A stretch of DNA of 64,000 nt from Basidiobolus meristosporus CBS 931.73 (GCA_002104905.1 MCFE01000148.1:90423-154422), one strand, 5' to 3'. Counted from the first letter of the stretch, positions 50,844 through 63,443 are shown. The notes: generated by a model not told the origin, from the sequence alone. Numbers and translations: made by a program.

Positions 50844-53800
50844 ATTGGGACCTTAATAAGCATATTCCATGTGTTTATTTTGCCAAGACCCTGTAAAAGT
50901 ATAGGCACGATACTCACATTTAATAAATCATTAAGTGAGTACCACATAGGTAATGGCCAAGGCAACTGGGTTTGGTGAGTATTTTGGTGTATCTACAAAC
51001 TTACAACATGGAGGCTATTGGATAGGTTTTTAGGATTTTCAAATTTTGTCAAAAGCTCTTAAAGCTTGCAAGTAACTTCCCAAGTTCTTCCTTAGTGCTT
51101 TTATCATCAGTTGTGCAAAGGTCTACTCAGTATTTAAGTACCTTATTTCTACTCAATCAAGCAGTAAGTGACTAACATGCAACCTTTCTAGTTCTCCAAA
51201 TCACTTCCAGTACACTTTACAATTGTGAGGCACACCAAACAATGTGCAAAATGTTGCTATTATGCCTGTAGGCTGTATATCTGTATGAATGCCCAATAAA
51301 AGCACTCAAGTTAAAATATAGACTAGGCTATTACCTGGCCAAACTTTTCCTTAGAGCAACTTGAGATATTATTCCAAGATGACAAGCTGTATATTTCTTA
51401 TGGCAAGAATACTGCCTTATCTGAGAGTATTTCATTCTCAAATACTTCAGTGTAGATGTGAAACTTAAATTATCTTCACTGGAGTATAGCGCATAGGTGT
51501 ATATGCAGGATCTTGGTTTGCTCTCTTCAGATGCACAATCAGAAACCTGGCTACTGACTCTATGGTATTCCACCCCACATCTGGCCAAGATTTCGAATTG
51601 CTTATAGATTGTAATCGGTATTATGACCAAAAAGAGAGCAAAAAATACAGGTTTGAAATCAATACTAGGGTACACACACTTGCAAACATCATCATGTGCA
51701 AACCGTTCATATGACTCGGCAAAATTCGAAATCCAATCTATTGAAATATCATGGCATGTTGATTAATCAGTCGGCCCCATAGTTGGCATCAAATGATCGG
51801 TGGCCCTAGGGGCTGATTGTATTTGTCCAAGTCCTAGTGTTCAGCCACTCTTGGAAATGAAAAAAGCCTATCGCCGATGCGGTTTTTGATGGAATGGCCT
51901 AGCCGATTGATATTGCAGCGTTGAAATTTGATGAAAGAATCCTTGTAATTGTTCGATCAGATTTCATGACGTCCAGGATTCGGATTACCATCTAAATAAA
52001 CATTGCTGTCAGCACTATAGATGCCGCTTCATATAGGTATAGCATATGAGCGCAGCACATCAAGTGACTCCAAGTTACTAGGGTGGTATAGCTGGAATGG
52101 ATCCTATGTTGAAGTGAAAATCGGATAATGCGTTTTTGGCAATGCTTCATCGCTATCGGCCTTATCGATGCATACCATATATGTGTTTCATACTTATATA
52201 CTGGGAGTTTGAGGTTCCATCCTCAAAGCCGTCTCAAATCGCAAGCGCAGACTTCATGTGAACTTCACCCCTGGCAAACATTCATATTGAGCTTTGATAT
52301 ACTGAAAACGCAATTTCCAGGGTAAGCGAACCGCGTGTGTCCTCGTACAGCATTGCATATCCCTGGGTGAAGCTGCTACGCCCACTACCCATGTGGAATA
52401 AATTCACTTAGAACCCCACCCCATAACTCCATCGGATGAAATCTTGATGACCACCCTAGATGTACCACTCATGGTGCTGCATCGAGTGTAACCGCTGAAA
52501 TTAATGATATAATATCGGGAGTCGGCTTACTAAACAACACAGGGTTACAATTCGATGCGGTGACATATTGTGTTCATGCAATTACGGTATATGTAACATC
52601 CCTCCTCCACTTACCTATTGAATCATGCGCGAAGGATTTGCATCTTTTGACCTGGTTAACTATCGCTTTTGGTCTGAGTGGCCAATCCTGAAATGCGGGG
52701 TTTCCAAAGCAGGCCGCACCTGTTGCCAAAGACCTGAATAGGACCTCATAGATATCTTGGCCATACAGCTCCAACCAAGGGTTGTCTGAACGCTTGCCAG
52801 CAGCCATATTTTCTCTTGGAAGCCATCACCCATACGTCCAGCTGCTGGCCACACCAATCATACTACACGACATGCGTTGAGCCCATCATTCCATGCATCG
52901 CTAGTGGTACACACTGGCGAGCTTGCAACCTGCGCACCGTCCATGAATATCACCAGGCAAATCATCCATTGCTCCAGCCTATTGGTGCAGGTACCGGGCA
53001 GCACAGCATCACCGGTAGTATATTACGTTGCAAAGCTAGTCCTAATGACTGACAATATGAAATACAATCCAACCCCATATTGCCCACATTGGATACTTCC
53101 ACCACTAGCACAAATTCGACGCCACAGCGACTACCTCGCTGAGCAATCACGATCCACCCTTGGCAAACTAGCCCATCCTCACCCCACCTGCAGCACAGAT
53201 GACGGTGCTCTACCACGTACCCAGCATTAACAGACTCCAACCTTCGAAGGGACAAGGTTCAATATTTATTATAGGGACAATATTACGGGCTATTGTTGAT
53301 TAAAGTACAATTGGTCGGCGAAGAATGGTGGGTGGATATTGATGGCCATGAGGTCAACCCGAGTCTAAACAAGTCGAGGTCGAGGATGAGGTTCTAGTGG
53401 TAGGGTTGAACGCGATAGAAGAGTAAGAATACAGTAATTATGTTGGCACTTCCGATAACAAAATCATGAGATATGTACAATGATTATCCAGCCTAGTGGT
53501 TATGGCTTTACGAGGGCTGTGCTGGCTTTTCAGTCAAGGTTTGGAGGACTTTCGGCGTTGTAACCAAGTTGAAGGGCCGTCGTGATTACACCACACCAGG
53601 GGATGACCACGATTGAGTTCGGAACGATCTTGGTTGGCCTTCAATATCGTCAGATGATGGGACTGTGCCAGGGAAAATTGAACAAACAGAACGGAAAGCA
53701 TACCAACTGCAGGTATCAAACACAAGAACAAGATGCCAATCATTAGATATTTGGGAGGTAGGATACAGCTGCCGAACAAGGTAGGCGTGGTGAATTGATT

Positions 53801-55190
53801 GAATAGACGATAGATTGACAAGGACGATATTCATCAAGGGTAGATGATGGCTTATATAGGGCTCATGAAATGAAGATTATAGTCAGACAAATACTATACA
53901 ATCAAAATGCCGCGTGTACGCGGAATTCCTAATGGAAGAATCCAGATTTGGAATTAATGAGCGAAACATAGCAGGGAGGTGATTAGAGTTTCCGTTGTAC
54001 CATTGATTATTTCAGTAGTAGAGGAATACATACTAGACCTGCATTTCACCAAAGCGTATCCAGAGAATGGTTCGGACAAGTTACCGACCAGTTGCCTACT
54101 ACTCCTTTAGAGAACCACTTTGCAGGTTGGCCTGAACCGACTACCAGATAGTGCGCTGGTAGCCAGAGTTACAGAGCTATGTTGCTCCAGCCACTGCGCC
54201 TGTAGTCCTCCAATACATGCTATTTACTGGGGGCGTTTGTCCAGTACGGGGCAGTGCCAAAAGGCACCGCTATGACCTCATAGTTGCACTGGCTGGTCTA
54301 TGATGTCATGGATTGCCGACCAATCATTCTGAAGGATCGCCATCGACTCAATTGGAATGGCCAAACCTCATACTTAATTTGGTAACAAGAGTGCTGAAAA
54401 TAATTGAGTCGAGGCTGATTGGGCACTTCAGAGTCAATAACACCAGCCTATGACATGGATTGAAGCCAATCGGATAAGTGTGAGAAGACAAGACGACGCG
54501 GTCATCATTAGATGCAGTCAGCCAATGATTTGCAGTGAGGGTGGTTTTAGCGTAGGTGGGTTCAGAGTTTCCTGATATAGCCAGCGTGAGTAACTATCCC
54601 GGAATTAATGTCTCTTGGATAACTATATCACCTGGTTTCGCTAAGATGTCATAGAGTGAATCAGCCTTAAACACACAAATGGTTGCAAGCGCCAGCTAGG
54701 TGCGCGATGATTTTGGGATTCAGTTGTAGTGTCATGTTTCAGAAGTTCATGGGCTCTTCCACGAATAAAGTCCATCCCGATTATTTCCAGAGACAAAGCA
54801 TGGCATGTAGCACACGTGTCAGGCGATTGCAATCCGCCATGTTATTCAAAACAAAATTAACAAATGAATCAAGCAGGAGTTGGGTTAATATAAGTCACTC
54901 CACACCACATTCTATAAAGTTTCAATAACTAATCACACTTCATCTTGTAGTTCGCCTATGGAACATAATGGACATATATTTATATATATATAAATACAAC
55001 GCTGACTGCAGTGGCTCCTGCGTTGCTGATACAATAAACTAGAACAAAAGGAATCAAAGGCTACTAAAAATCATGCTTTTTAATACAAGGCTACTAAAAT
55101 TCAAGATTAACGAGATAGGATATACATATGATACATCCATTATTGAGAAACAAAGGGCTGTAGTGGGGGGTGTGCTTGATGTGCATTATT

Positions 55191-56483
55191 TATTGTAAAA
55201 ATCGTAATTCCACCTAAATATTCACCTAACTTAGTCACTTAGATCATTACCTTCAAATCCTGGAGAATACTGACCAAATTCCTTGTTGGGATTTACTTTG
55301 AATATTTACCCAGAACATGAAAATTAGATAAGTTGTCCAAACAGCCCCAAACTTGGCACACATGTTCTTGGGACCTTCCTTAACCTATTTTACCTGTTTG
55401 CTATGCCAAGACCAAGTAAAAGTATAAATACTACTTTTACATTCAAGTAAATTATTAGGTGAAAATCACATAATCTACTTGTCCTCCCAATCACTTCCAA
55501 TATTCCCAAGACTCTTACAACAGGTTATCAGCCCCAATCTGCTACTCTCTGCAATGTCAGCTACTGCTATTACTGGAATTTTTCCTTCTACTGAAAAGTG
55601 GGATGGATTCAACTACCAAGTGTGGAAGGTGAAGATAAAGATGCTACTACAAGAAAGAGGCCTTTGGGATATTGTTGTGGGAGAAGAATCCCCTCCTAAA
55701 TACATGGGAGAGGAAGCCTTAAAGTACCAGAAGAAAGAACAAAGTGCCTTTAACTGCATGCCTTAATGTTAAGAACAAATTGCTAATTCAATGCTCAAGA
55801 GCAAAAACAGCAAAGAATGCCTGGAAGGCATTAAAAGACACCTATCAGTCATCTTCAGCTACTAAGAAAATGTATTTGAGACAAAAACTCTTTACTACAG
55901 AGATGCTGCCAGGAGAAGAAAAGAAAAATCTAATTAGCAGAATTACCCTGCTGGTAGATGAGATGGAATCTGTGGGTGTACCAACTACTGATGAGGATGT
56001 GATAGTTACCATCCTGAATAGCCTGACAGACAAATTTCAGGGCCTTATATCAGCTCTAGAGTCCAGAACTGAAGATTTGACCTTAAATTACATATATGGA
56101 AGGCTGTTGGATGAAGAATTAAGAAAATCAAGCGCCAATAAGAAGGAAGAAGAAAATGCTTTAATAGGCAATGACAACCAACAAAGGAGGTACCCAAAAC
56201 CCTACAAGGGCAACAGCAACCTGTTTTGCAACTACTGCAACAGGAAAGGACACACATCAGACCAGTGCTTCAAAAAGAAAGATATTCAGCAGAAAAAGCC
56301 TGAATATGGAAATGCTACAACAACTGAAGATAGACTATTCAGATTTGCACTAAATATGACCACAAACAAGGATTCTCAGACATGGTATATTGACTCTTGA
56401 GCATACCAACACTTTACACACCAAAAAGAACTTTACCCTATATCAAAAAATTCCAATTCAGAAGGTTTCATGGGTGACAGTAG
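55191..56483 (+). mobile_element. 5' half of a Copia E element (LTR, PBS, gag, start of protease)
   Basis: LTR at 55191-55522, PBS ggttatcagcccc, frameshifted gag at 55479-56400. It is an inverted copy of about 61050-62373. Confidence 0.88.
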
Positions 56484-56984
56484 TGTTGTAAGAGTCTTGG
56501 AGATATTGGAAGTGATTTGGAGATCAAGTAGATTATGTGGTTTTCACTTAATGATTTATTGATTGTAAGAGTAGTATTTATACTTTTACATGGTCTTGGT
56601 ATTACAAACATATAGAATAGGTTAAGGAAGGTCCCAAGAACATGTGTGCAAAGTTTGGAGCTGTTTGGACAACTTTGAGAATTTTCATGTTCTGGGTACC
56701 TGGTATTTTGGTGAAAATATTCTAAGTAAATCCTGACAAGGAATTTGGTCAGTATTCTCTAGGATTTGAGGGTAATGGTCTAAGTGACTAAGCTAGGTGA
56801 TTATTTAGGTGGAAATACAAATCTTTACAACACTCCCACTCAGCTAAATGTTCATACTGACTAGTCCTAATTTTGACCTAAGATATTCAAACTTGTCTCT
56901 AGCTAATGGTTTGGTAAATATGTCTGCAATCATTTCATCTGTAGGACAGTAAACTAAGCCAACTAAGTTATTCTCTATAGCTTC
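56484..56984 (-). mobile_element. 3' fragment of a Copia E element (3' LTR, PPT, RNase H tail)
   Basis: LTR at 56484-56832, PPT ctcccactca. It is a direct copy of 57688-58189 that ends abruptly at 56984. Confidence 0.88.
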
Positions 56985-57687
56985 TGTGGTAATGGAAAGT
57001 ATTCCATTACTACAATATCTCTAAAACCAATATTGCACTCACTTCTTTATTTTGCTTTTTGCTATTGTAATACACAAGTGAAAGATCAAGAATTTCCAAC
57101 TTTGAAGAACAAATGCTCCAGACCTTGACAAGCAATCAACCCAGGATTATTATGTCATACAGAACACGTAATAGCCAACACATGTTTCAAATTACAGCTC
57201 ATTTGAAGCAGTACTTAAGGAGTTATGACCAAAAGAGTCCAATTATTATTTATACTATGCCTTATTGCTAGGATTACTATGGTGACTTTGATCACGTGTA
57301 ACTTTTGAACTGGCTTAGGGTGTAGGTGTTATAGTAAGGGTTAGGGTTAGGGGAGGGAAAGTCACCAAGTTGGTGAAATCTTTATTTGAGTTAAGAACTA
57401 ATCTAAGTACAAATAAAGAAGCCAATTAAGAGGTCTAGAACCTCTCTAATAAGTAATCTAATTTATGTTTTGTTTCATCTCTAATGTTTGTTTCAGTAAG
57501 GTAAAGCTCATCAGGGGTAAATATGAAATTCAAGTGTTTTGGGGGAAGTACAAATTGTAGATGTTTCTGATCAATATAATCCAAGACTGGAACCCAGCCT
57601 GGGATTAGGTGTAGTAGGAAAGGTGTGTGGACTTGTAAGTAGCTCTGCCACATAGATCTTAGATGGTCCTGAGCCAGTAGTCTTGGT

Positions 57688-60600
57688 TGTTGTAAGAGTC
57701 TTGGAGATATTGGAAGTGATTTGGAGAACAAGTAGATTATGTGGTTTTCACTTAATGATTTATTGAATGTAAAAGTAGTATTTATACTTTTACATGGTCT
57801 TGGCATTACAAACACGTAGAATAGGTTAAGGAAGGTCCCAAGAACATGTGTGCAAAGTTTGGGGCTGTTTGGACAACTTTGAGAATTTTCATGTTCTGGG
57901 TACCCGGTATTTTGGTGAAAATATTCTAAGTAAATCCCGACAAGGAATTTGGTCAGTATTCTCTAGGATCTGAAGGTGATGATCTAAGTGACTAAGTTAG
58001 GTGAATATTTAGGTGGAAAATATGAATTTTTACAACACTCCCACTCAGCTAAATGTTCATACTGACTAGTCCTAATTTTGACCTAAGATATTCAAACTTG
58101 TCTCTAGCTAATGGTTTGGTAAATATGTCTACAATCATTTCATCTGTAGGACAGTAAACTAAGCTAACTAAGTTATTCTCTATAGCTTCACGTATGAAAT
58201 GATGTCTAATATCTATGTGCTTGGTTCTAGCATGAAAAGTTGCATTTCTACCTAATTGTATACATCCTTGATTATCTTGAAATAAAGTAATAGGCATTTT
58301 TTGACATAGGCCTAAATCTGTAAAGAGCTTTCTTAACCACATTGCTTCTTTTGTAGCTTCACAGGCTGCCATATACTCTGCATCTGTAGTAGAAAGTGCT
58401 ATGGTTGGTTGCTTTCTTGAATTCCATGAAATGGCTCCTTTACAGTAAAGAAAGGTATATCCTGTGGTGGATCTTCTGTCTTCTAAATTTCGTCCCCAAT
58501 CAGCATCAGAGTATCCCACAAGATCCTGTTCTGAATCCTTATAAGTGTATCTTAAGCAGATATCAGCAGTTCCTTTTGGGTATCTAAAAATCCGCTTAAC
58601 TGCTGCAATATGATCAGATCCATAATTCTGATTATGTTGGCTGACAACTCCCACTGAATATGAGATATCTGGACGTGTTCCAAGCATGATATACATTGGA
58701 CTGCCGACCATAGATTGATAAGGAAAGTCAGGGCTTTCAGATGGCACCAAGCTCTCTTGATTTGGTTGAGTTTTGACCAAGTTAAGGTTTGTCTCCATTG
58801 GGGTAGCTGCCGGTTTGCAGTCTTCCATTTTGTACTTCTTTAGTATATCTTGAATATACTTGGATTGGCTTAGGGTAATAGTCTGGGTACTTCTGTCTAT
58901 GGAGAACTTAATCCCTAAGTAGTAACTAAGTTCTCCTAGATCGGACATCTTGAACTCCTTAGATAGGCTGGATTTAGTCTCTTCCAATGTTTCTAGGTTA
59001 TTGGCGGCTATAATAAGATCATCCACATATAGAGCTAATAGAACTGGATTTGCTCTATCTGGCTTATAGTGTATACTATAGTCAGCATTACTCCTTTTGA
59101 AACTCAAAGATTCCAAATAAGAATCTATCTTGCAATTCCAGGCTCTTGGTGATTGTTTGAGACCATATAGTGACTTTTTAAGCTTGCAGACCAAATGGGG
59201 GTTATCTTGGTCAACAAACCCATCAGGCTGGTCCATATACACATCCTCATCAAGTTCTCCATTCAAAAATGCAGTTTTTACATCCATTTGATGAATAAAA
59301 AACTTATATTTGGCTGCAATAGCCAATATTAATCTGATGGAATTAAACTTGGCTACCGGTGCAAAGGTCTCAGTATAGTCAAGTCCTTTTGTTTGAGAGT
59401 ATCCTTTGGCTACAAGTCTTGCTTTGTATCTTTCAATTGTACCATCAGCCTTGTATTTTGTCTTGAAGACCCATCTGCATCCAATTGATTTTCGGTTGAT
59501 TGGTAATTTGACTAAGTCCCAAGTTTGATTTTCCATCAGTGCCTGATATTCCTCAGTCATTGCAGATCTCCAAAACTTTGTCTGAGGGCTATTTAGGGCC
59601 TCTTTTACAGTCTGGGGTTCATCAACATGGACTGAATAGGCATAGGCTAAGTTTGTACCCTCATTGATATAGTAATTTGGGCTATTTCTTGTCCGATTGG
59701 ATCTCCGGGCATTTGATACTGGAATGATCACTTCTGGGATATTCCTGGGCACTGATTCTGGCTGAACCACGGTTGTAGAGTCCTCTGGAGTGAAAAAATT
59801 TTCATTGTTTTGCTCTGATTCAATCCTGACAATTGGTGGACTTGAGATCAAATTTTTGTCATCATCTGATGTCATTTTTTGTGAAAATTTTGAATTTTCA
59901 TCAAACAACACATCCCTGGACTTGATCAGCTTCTTTGCTTTGGTATTGTAGAGTCCGTATGCCTTACTCTCATTGCAGTAGCCCAAAAATATGCATTTTA
60001 CACTTTTTGGCTCAAATTTTGACTGATTTCCGGCCAGTTTTTTGGCATATGCTGTACACCCAAATATTCTTAGATGTTCTGCACTTGGTCTGTATCCATA
60101 CCATGCTTCAAATGGAGTAGAATCACAAAGTATTCTGTTATAACTCCTATTTTTAAGATATACAGCAGTGGCAACTGATTCCGCCCAAAAATCATAGGAT
60201 AATTTTTGATCATGGATCATAGATCTTGCCATATCAATTATTGATCTGTTAGCTTGTTCTGCTACTCCATTTTGCTGTGGGGAGTATGGTACAGTAGTCT
60301 CTTGCTTTATCCCATGAATTTTGCAGAAGTGGATGAAGAGTTTTGAGGTATATTCTCCACCATTGTCAGAGCGTATTTTCTTGATTTTTTCACCAGTTTC
60401 TCTCTCCACCATGGCTTTAAACTCCCTGAGCTTAGACAGAGCTTCTTCCTTTCTCTCCATGAAGTAGACCCATGTGTATCTAGTATAATCATCAATAAAA
60501 GTGATTAAATACTTCATCCCGCCTAAGGATAAATTTTGCATAGGTCCACACAGATCTGAGTGAATTAGATCTAATTTTTTCTTAGTTTTGATTAACCCAG

Positions 60601-62373
60601 AGCTCTTGAACGGTTGTCTGGCTTGTTTCCCATATATGCAGGTTTCACAGTGCTCCAAATTAGCTGGGGGATCAATTTTCACTCCAGAAATTAGCTGATC
60701 TTTGATCATTTTACGCAAATAATCAAAATTGATGTGTCCAAATTTCCTGTGCCAAAGCATTGGTGTTTCTTCATTTAAGTAACTGATATTGGCTTCCAGA
60801 TATGATGGAATATAAGTCAACTTGTATAGGTTCTGATCTCTGATGCCCGAAGCAATATGAGCACCATTTTGATCAGTGATCCTGCATCCAGAATTGTCAA
60901 AACTGAAACTGAGTCCTTCTGCTGTGGCCTTGCTTACAGAGAGTAGGTTCTTGGGTATTTCTGGTACATAGAGTACTTCTTTAAAGGTCAGTGTATGGCT
61001 TCCTTCACTGCTTCTAAGGTTTACTTGGATAGTTCCTTCTCCCACTGCATCAAGTGTTCTATCGTCACCCATGAAAACCTTCTTAATTGGAATTTCTTGA
61101 TATTGGGTAAAAAGTTCTTTTTGGTGTGTAAAGTGTTGAGAAGCTCCAGAGTCAATATACCACGTCTGAGAATCCTTGTTGTGGTCATATTTAGTGCAGA
61201 TATGAATAGTCTATCTTCAGTTGTTGCAGCATTTCCATATTCAGGCTTCTTTTGCTGATAATCTCTCTTTTTGAAACACCAGTCTGATGTGTGTCCTTTC
61301 CTTTTGCAGTAGTTGCAAAATAGATTGCTGTTGCCTTTGTAGGGTCTTGGGTACCTCCTTTGTTGGTTATCATTGCTTATTAAAGCATTTTCTTCTTCCT
61401 TCTTATTGGCGCTTGATTTTCTTAATTCTTCATCCAGGAGCCTTCCATATACGTAATTTAAGGTCAAATCTTCAGTTCTGGACTCTAGGGCTGATACAAG
61501 GCCCTGAAACTCGTCTGTCAGGCTATTCAGGATGGTAACTATCACATCCTCATCAGTAGTTGGTATGCCCACAGATTCCATCTCATCTACCAGCAGGGTA
61601 ATTCTGTTAATTAGATTTTTCATTTCTTCTCCTGGCAGCATCTTTGTAGTAAAGAATTTTCTTCTCAGATACATTTTCTTGGCAGCTGAACATGACTGGT
61701 AGGTGTCTTCTAATGCCTTCCAGGCATTCTTTGCCGTTTCTGCTCTTGAGCATTGAATTAGCAATTTGTCCTTGACATTAAGGCAAATGCAGTTAAAGGC
61801 ACTTTGTTCTTTCTTCTGGTACTTTAAGGCTTCCTCTCCCACGTTTTTAGGAGGGCATTCTTCTCCCATGACAATATCCCAAAGGCCTCTTTCTTGCAGC
61901 AGCATCTTCATCTTCACCTTCCACACTTGGTAGTTAGATCCATCCAACTTTTCAGCAGAGGGAAAAATTCCAGTAATAGCAGTAGTAGACATTGCAGAGA
62001 GTGACAGCTTGGGGCTCATAACCTGTTGTAAGAGTCTTGGAGATATTGGAAGTGATTTGGAGAACAAGTAGATTATGTGGTTTTCACTTAATGATTTATT
62101 GAATGTAAAAGTAGTATTTATACTTTTACATGGTCTTGGCATTACAAACACGTAGAATAGGTTAAGAAAGGTCCCAAGAACATGTGTGCAAAGTTTGGGG
62201 CTGTTTGGACAACTTTGAGAATTTTCATGTTCTGGGTACCTGATATTTTGGTGAAAATATTCCAAGTAAATCCCGACAAGGAATTTGGTCAGTATTCTCT
62301 AGGATTTGAAGGTGATGATCTAAGTGACCAAGTTAGGTGAATATTTAGGTGGAAAATACAAATTTTTACAACA
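57688..62373 (-). mobile_element. Ty1/Copia family E, near-intact full-length element
   Basis: 350-bp LTRs at 57688-58037 and 62024-62373 (8 differences by eye, all transitions). TSD TTGGT at 57683-57687 and 62374-62378. PBS GGTTATGAGCCC and a PPT. Confidence 0.96.
58049..62018 (-). CDS. Copia E gag-pol polyprotein with a single 1-nt frameshift at about 61181
   Basis: Gag with CNYCKRKGH, protease YIDSGAS, integrase HSDLCG/RSDNGGEY/NGVAE, RT LYVDDL and RNase H. The sister copy at about 56360 has one more A (acaaacaagg). Confidence 0.9.
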
Positions 62374-63193
62374 TTGGTTTCTCAGCTTTTTGAAGTTTTG
62401 AAGCAAGCTCTGTTACTACAGCAGAGCCAACCAGGGTGTGCCAGCAAGAAGATTTCAGGGAGGAGTTAGATTGAAGCCATTGTTTGATGGAGGGGTTATG
62501 TGATTTCTGAAGTTTGACTAGGTAAGAAGCACGGAGATAGATCATTTGGATTTGGTATGGGTAGAACCCAAAGGCTCCATTAGCTGCATGGATATAGGGA
62601 GATACTGGAAGATAAGGTACCTTAGGGTGTAGGTGTTATAGTAAGGGCTAGAAAAAGGTTAGAAGAGCAGGGGGTCTGGGGGACGCAGTCCCCTAGAGAA
62701 TAAAAAAGCAGGGGGTTTGGGGGATGCAATCCCCCATACTGCTCCCATACTCTTTAAATTCCCGTTGGATTACTTTTCTCTCATTCTTGGTTCTGGTCCC
62801 TTAGGGTTAGAATTCCTCCTCCTAACCCTTATCACCCTAACCATAAATATTTTTACCCTACAATTGGCACACTGTCTGCTCATATGGTGGGCATGTCTGG
62901 GCCAATATTTGTCTCCCTATACTGTCCATACGCTCTGTATAAGTCTTGATTACTATTTAATTAATAAATTGTTATTTTTAATGTATATCTAATACTTAAT
63001 GGGATTCATCCCAATCTGACCACAATCCCATATTTTGATAAGCTTTGGGCACCATAAATTGCGTGGCCCTAATATGATAAAAAAATTCATGGCCAATACA
63101 AATTTTCTGTAACCCAATTGCTTTTACCAAATATAAAGTGTATCCAAAAGTTCAATATATATTATGGCTATAATAGAAACTTTATTTGACACC

Positions 63194-63443
63194 TTAGGGG
63201 GGAGACAGTCACCAACAGGTGAAATCTTTATTTCAGTTGAAACAAAGAAGCCAGCGCTACTGTTGTAGCTTTGATACAAGAGTGTGTAGCTGAGGGGAAT
63301 TTGTAGGTAAGTTAATAAGAAGTGATGATAGTTCTTCAGTGCTCAAGACACTGTTCAGTGGGAAGGGGGGTAGCAAGAGAGGTAAGAATGACTTGTGAAC
63401 AACATTAATGAGGGGAATGTGATAAGGATTGATATTCATCATA
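63194..63443 (-). mobile_element. Telomere-associated unit B (5'-truncated, coding subfamily)
   Basis: TTA(G)6 junction, hairpin TCACC-AACA-GGTGA and AATAAA. ORF end 63257-63442 aligns with the C-terminus of unit A (LPPxxLNxxxxxxEL). Confidence 0.7.

Larger units (their letters stand above)
57341..62620 (-). mobile_element. Telomere-associated retroelement-like unit A (5'-truncated, split by Copia E)
   Basis: TTAGGGTTAGG then a TCACC..GGTGA hairpin and AATAAA at the 3' end. An uninterrupted 164-aa ORF end spans 62620-62374 plus 57682-57435. It is flanked by an identical 27-bp direct repeat. Confidence 0.72.

Noticed and set aside
57500-57525. Hammerhead-like CTGATGAG...GAAAC on the minus strand of unit A
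   Set aside because: There is no credible stem II (G-U then a C-C mismatch), and it lies inside the coding frame (PDELYLTET). It is probably coincidental, although Penelope-like elements do carry hammerheads.
61170-61190. Programmed ribosomal frameshift between gag and pol of Copia E
   Set aside because: The sister copy at about 56360 has the extra base and is in frame, so this is a mutation or a sequencing error.
61021-62265. 414-aa ORF starting inside the Copia E LTR, and similar LTR-derived ORFs (22700-23014, 48824, 50647, 55479, 57435-57815 N-terminus)
   Set aside because: These N-terminal extensions are chance open frames through the LTR. The gag start is at or after the PBS (62018 or 61994).
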